From Veleropilina oligotropha (taxonomy: Eukaryota), in NCBI GenBank assembly GCA_048128005.1, contig JBEUKZ010000126.1, forward strand, positions 1 through 64,000: a stretch of 64,000 bases of DNA. The letters run 5' to 3'. The notes beneath the pieces were generated by a model. That model was not told the DNA's origin and made no database searches. It saw nothing but the letters and a program-made list of their open reading frames with translations. Below are positions 61,373-64,000 of the stretch, piece after piece (within the stretch, counting starts at the first letter, position 1; the number at the start of each line of letters is the position of its first letter). The position numbers and the translations under genes are program-made.

Positions 61373-64000
61373 ATAATAATGGACTCCCAAGACAATAGGA
61401 TGACATCGCAACAATAGTTTAAGATTAAGTGAGGTGCCTAATGGTTTAACTGCAGTATTTCAGTCAGAAATCTGGTCAAGCCACGTTGAATGATGAAATG
61501 AATTAGTGCTGTGTGCATGGGACAATCCTTGGCAGTCTTCATGTTTGATTCAAAACCCATGCGATTGTAGACCAGCACCATGTCCTCGCATCCATACTGC
61601 ACCCCCCCCCGCCCCCCCCCCCCCAGTAGATGATGAACTGATGCCTTTTGCTAATTATACGTATTAATAACAGAGTTGTTTCCCATTATCCCAAATTTTG
61701 TAAAATTACTCACTATTCCATAACACTAGAGTTATCTCCCGTTAGCGTGACAGAGTTTTAGGCATAAGATATCTCGTATCCCGCTCTACATATATATACC
61801 AAACTTGGTGGCTGTATAGAGTAATTGGTGAAGTTGTGCCTTAATTTTAACATTGTATGTCGATTAGGGACTGGTCATTTATTATAGGGGGGGTTGGCCG
61901 GCGAAAATGGTCGACTGAGCGTGTTGAAAAATGGTGACCCGGACCGTGTGTCTTTTTTCATGATCCACCCCCAGACCATGTCTTTTTTTCATGAAGTTTG
62001 AAAGGGGGTTCAACTGTTGCAATGTATTCTTAATTGTCCGCGCAGAAGGAAACAGTGTGAAACTCTGTCCTGCATTTTGAGGGGATAAATAGACATGACA
62101 GTATTTATGCAACATTTATTACTCAAATACAAAAAAAGGTGGATACCAAGCCATATTACCAGCGAAGGCAATGAAAAGGCTGATAAAGCAGTAAGTCAGC
62201 TTTACAAATTAACCAACGTACACATTTTAAAATTCCATATTAAGATAAGTACAGATTTTTACATTTGGCAATGTTGTTTCGATGATCTCATAAACTGCAG
62301 AATGTCCAGGATCTTCTTGGTGAGTGGGGTCCCTCTTACAGGTTCCTGCGTCGTGAAAAAATGGTCTTGGCCAGACTGAGAATTGGGCCTTCTCACCATA
62401 CTCGCTCATACTTGCTTAAAAGGGGAGCCTCCACCTAAGTGTGTTCCTTGGGCTACTGTCCTAACAGTCAAACATATTATATTGGACTGTGTTGATTTAG
62501 ACACAATGCGTCAAATATATTTTAAGGCATTCTCACTTCAAAACTATTGCATTCCGAGACAGCAAACGTGATGTTTCTTACCACAAAAGTTTACGAATCG
62601 CTGTAAACAATAGGAATATCACAAGTTGTGTAATTTTTTTCATAACAACAAACACATTTGTTTCATGACCCACCCTTAAAGCAGATAAAAATTTTGACAA
62701 TTAATGATGTGAAACCAGTGGCGTAGGAAGCAATTTTGGATTGGGGGGGGGGGGGGGAGGCTGGTAAGACAGAAAAAGGGCACTTTGCATAACTAATTTT
62801 AAATAAAGGTTATTTTGTGCATATGTATGTGTGATTACTGTGGGGGTTGAGGATATTTTTTCAAATAGAAATATGAAGGAAGTCAAATTATGCTGTCAAT
62901 GCTCCGCGTGGAGGTGGGGCCCCACGCAGAAGAACATTTTGACACTTAACCTTGTGAAACCCCCTCTCCTGTATTCTGAGATCGCTAATGTGCTATTTCT
63001 TACCCAACATCTTTGAATCATTTTCACCATTCTGTAAACGTTTACAATTTGAAAGATAGGCCAAAGACGTTTTGAAATACAGTATGAAGCTGTATATATG
63101 ACCAGGGACTACAACATTGAGGGGGTCATGATGGTCAACAGGACTGAAGGCCCTTACAAGGTCGAATTACATTATCAATGGCCTGTGTTGTGAGACCCTG
63201 TTTCCCCGGGGAGGAATTTTTTGACAAATAACCGTGCGAAACACCCTCTCCTGTATTCTGATGATGTAAATGTGATATTTCTTAACAACAGTTACGAATC
63301 ATTTCACTTCATAAAAGGTGCCTCATGCCCAGTCTGCTGTATAATAATTATACTCCCTAGAATGGCGACTGTCGGTAGATGCAGATATCTCAAGGATATT
63401 GTACGTGTGATAAAAGCTATGAACTCAGATATATACTTTGTCTTCTGTCTCGGGTCATCAGTAAAATATTTGGGGGTGAAATACCCCCCTTATTGTATAA
63501 AAATCGCAAACAATTTCATGAAGTGGGCATGGTTGATGGAGAGCAGATTTTGCTCGAGAACGGATTTTGATCTAAAATAGACAGTAAAATCAATTCTGGA
63601 TATGGTGCACACATAGAAACTATGAAGTCGGATATATACTTTTGAGTCTGCCTAAGGGCATCAATAAAAAATGGGTGGGGGGGGGGGTAATACCCATTAT
63701 TTTATAACAAACTGATCCTGCGTATATGATTTGAGTGCAAATTTAAGGGCACTTCTAATTACCCCCCCGGCTCCTATGCCATTAGAAACCCCCTCTCCTG
63801 CATTCTGATGAGTGCAAACCAAACATGTAATTTTGACAACCTTTGTTTATGAATAATTTTCACCCAAGTATTACACCACACTTTTTATCATGACCCAGCC
63901 CTAAAACCACTGTCATTTTCAAAAGGGGGACTAGAGTCAAACTTTCACAACCTGTGAACAATTGTTCGTGTGGAGTTTGGGTTCCACGCAGAGAAAATTT

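Overview
Animal (probably invertebrate, inferred from gene structure and repeat landscape) genomic DNA with three components. (1) Bases 1 to ~8981 are the right part of a GC-rich, intron-less, gene-dense endogenous dsDNA virus of the Polinton/adintovirus-like (Preplasmiviricota) type. It has an A32-like packaging ATPase, a putative double-jelly-roll major capsid protein, a putative penton, several membrane-anchored ORFs (one starting with tandem PSAP and LYPxL ESCRT late-domain motifs) and a secreted Cys-rich protein near a candidate terminus. All ORFs look intact; polymerase, integrase and protease are not in this window. (2) The first two coding exons of a glucose-6-phosphatase (G6PC-family) gene lie on the minus strand (15153-15212, 12468-12625). 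No further exon is visible before the viral DNA, so the virus appears to sit in a G6PC intron. (3) A complete 17-exon NOG1/GTPBP4 gene (644 aa, 21057-58501, +) lies head-to-head with G6PC. Its introns are packed with nested non-autonomous transposons (hAT-like with 5-6 bp TSDs, MULE-like, Tc1/pogo-like, piggyBac, Kolobok, Helentron-like, tRNA-SINEs), and three exons carry tandem duplications spanning their splice sites. Family assignments are from motif recognition by eye, not database searches.
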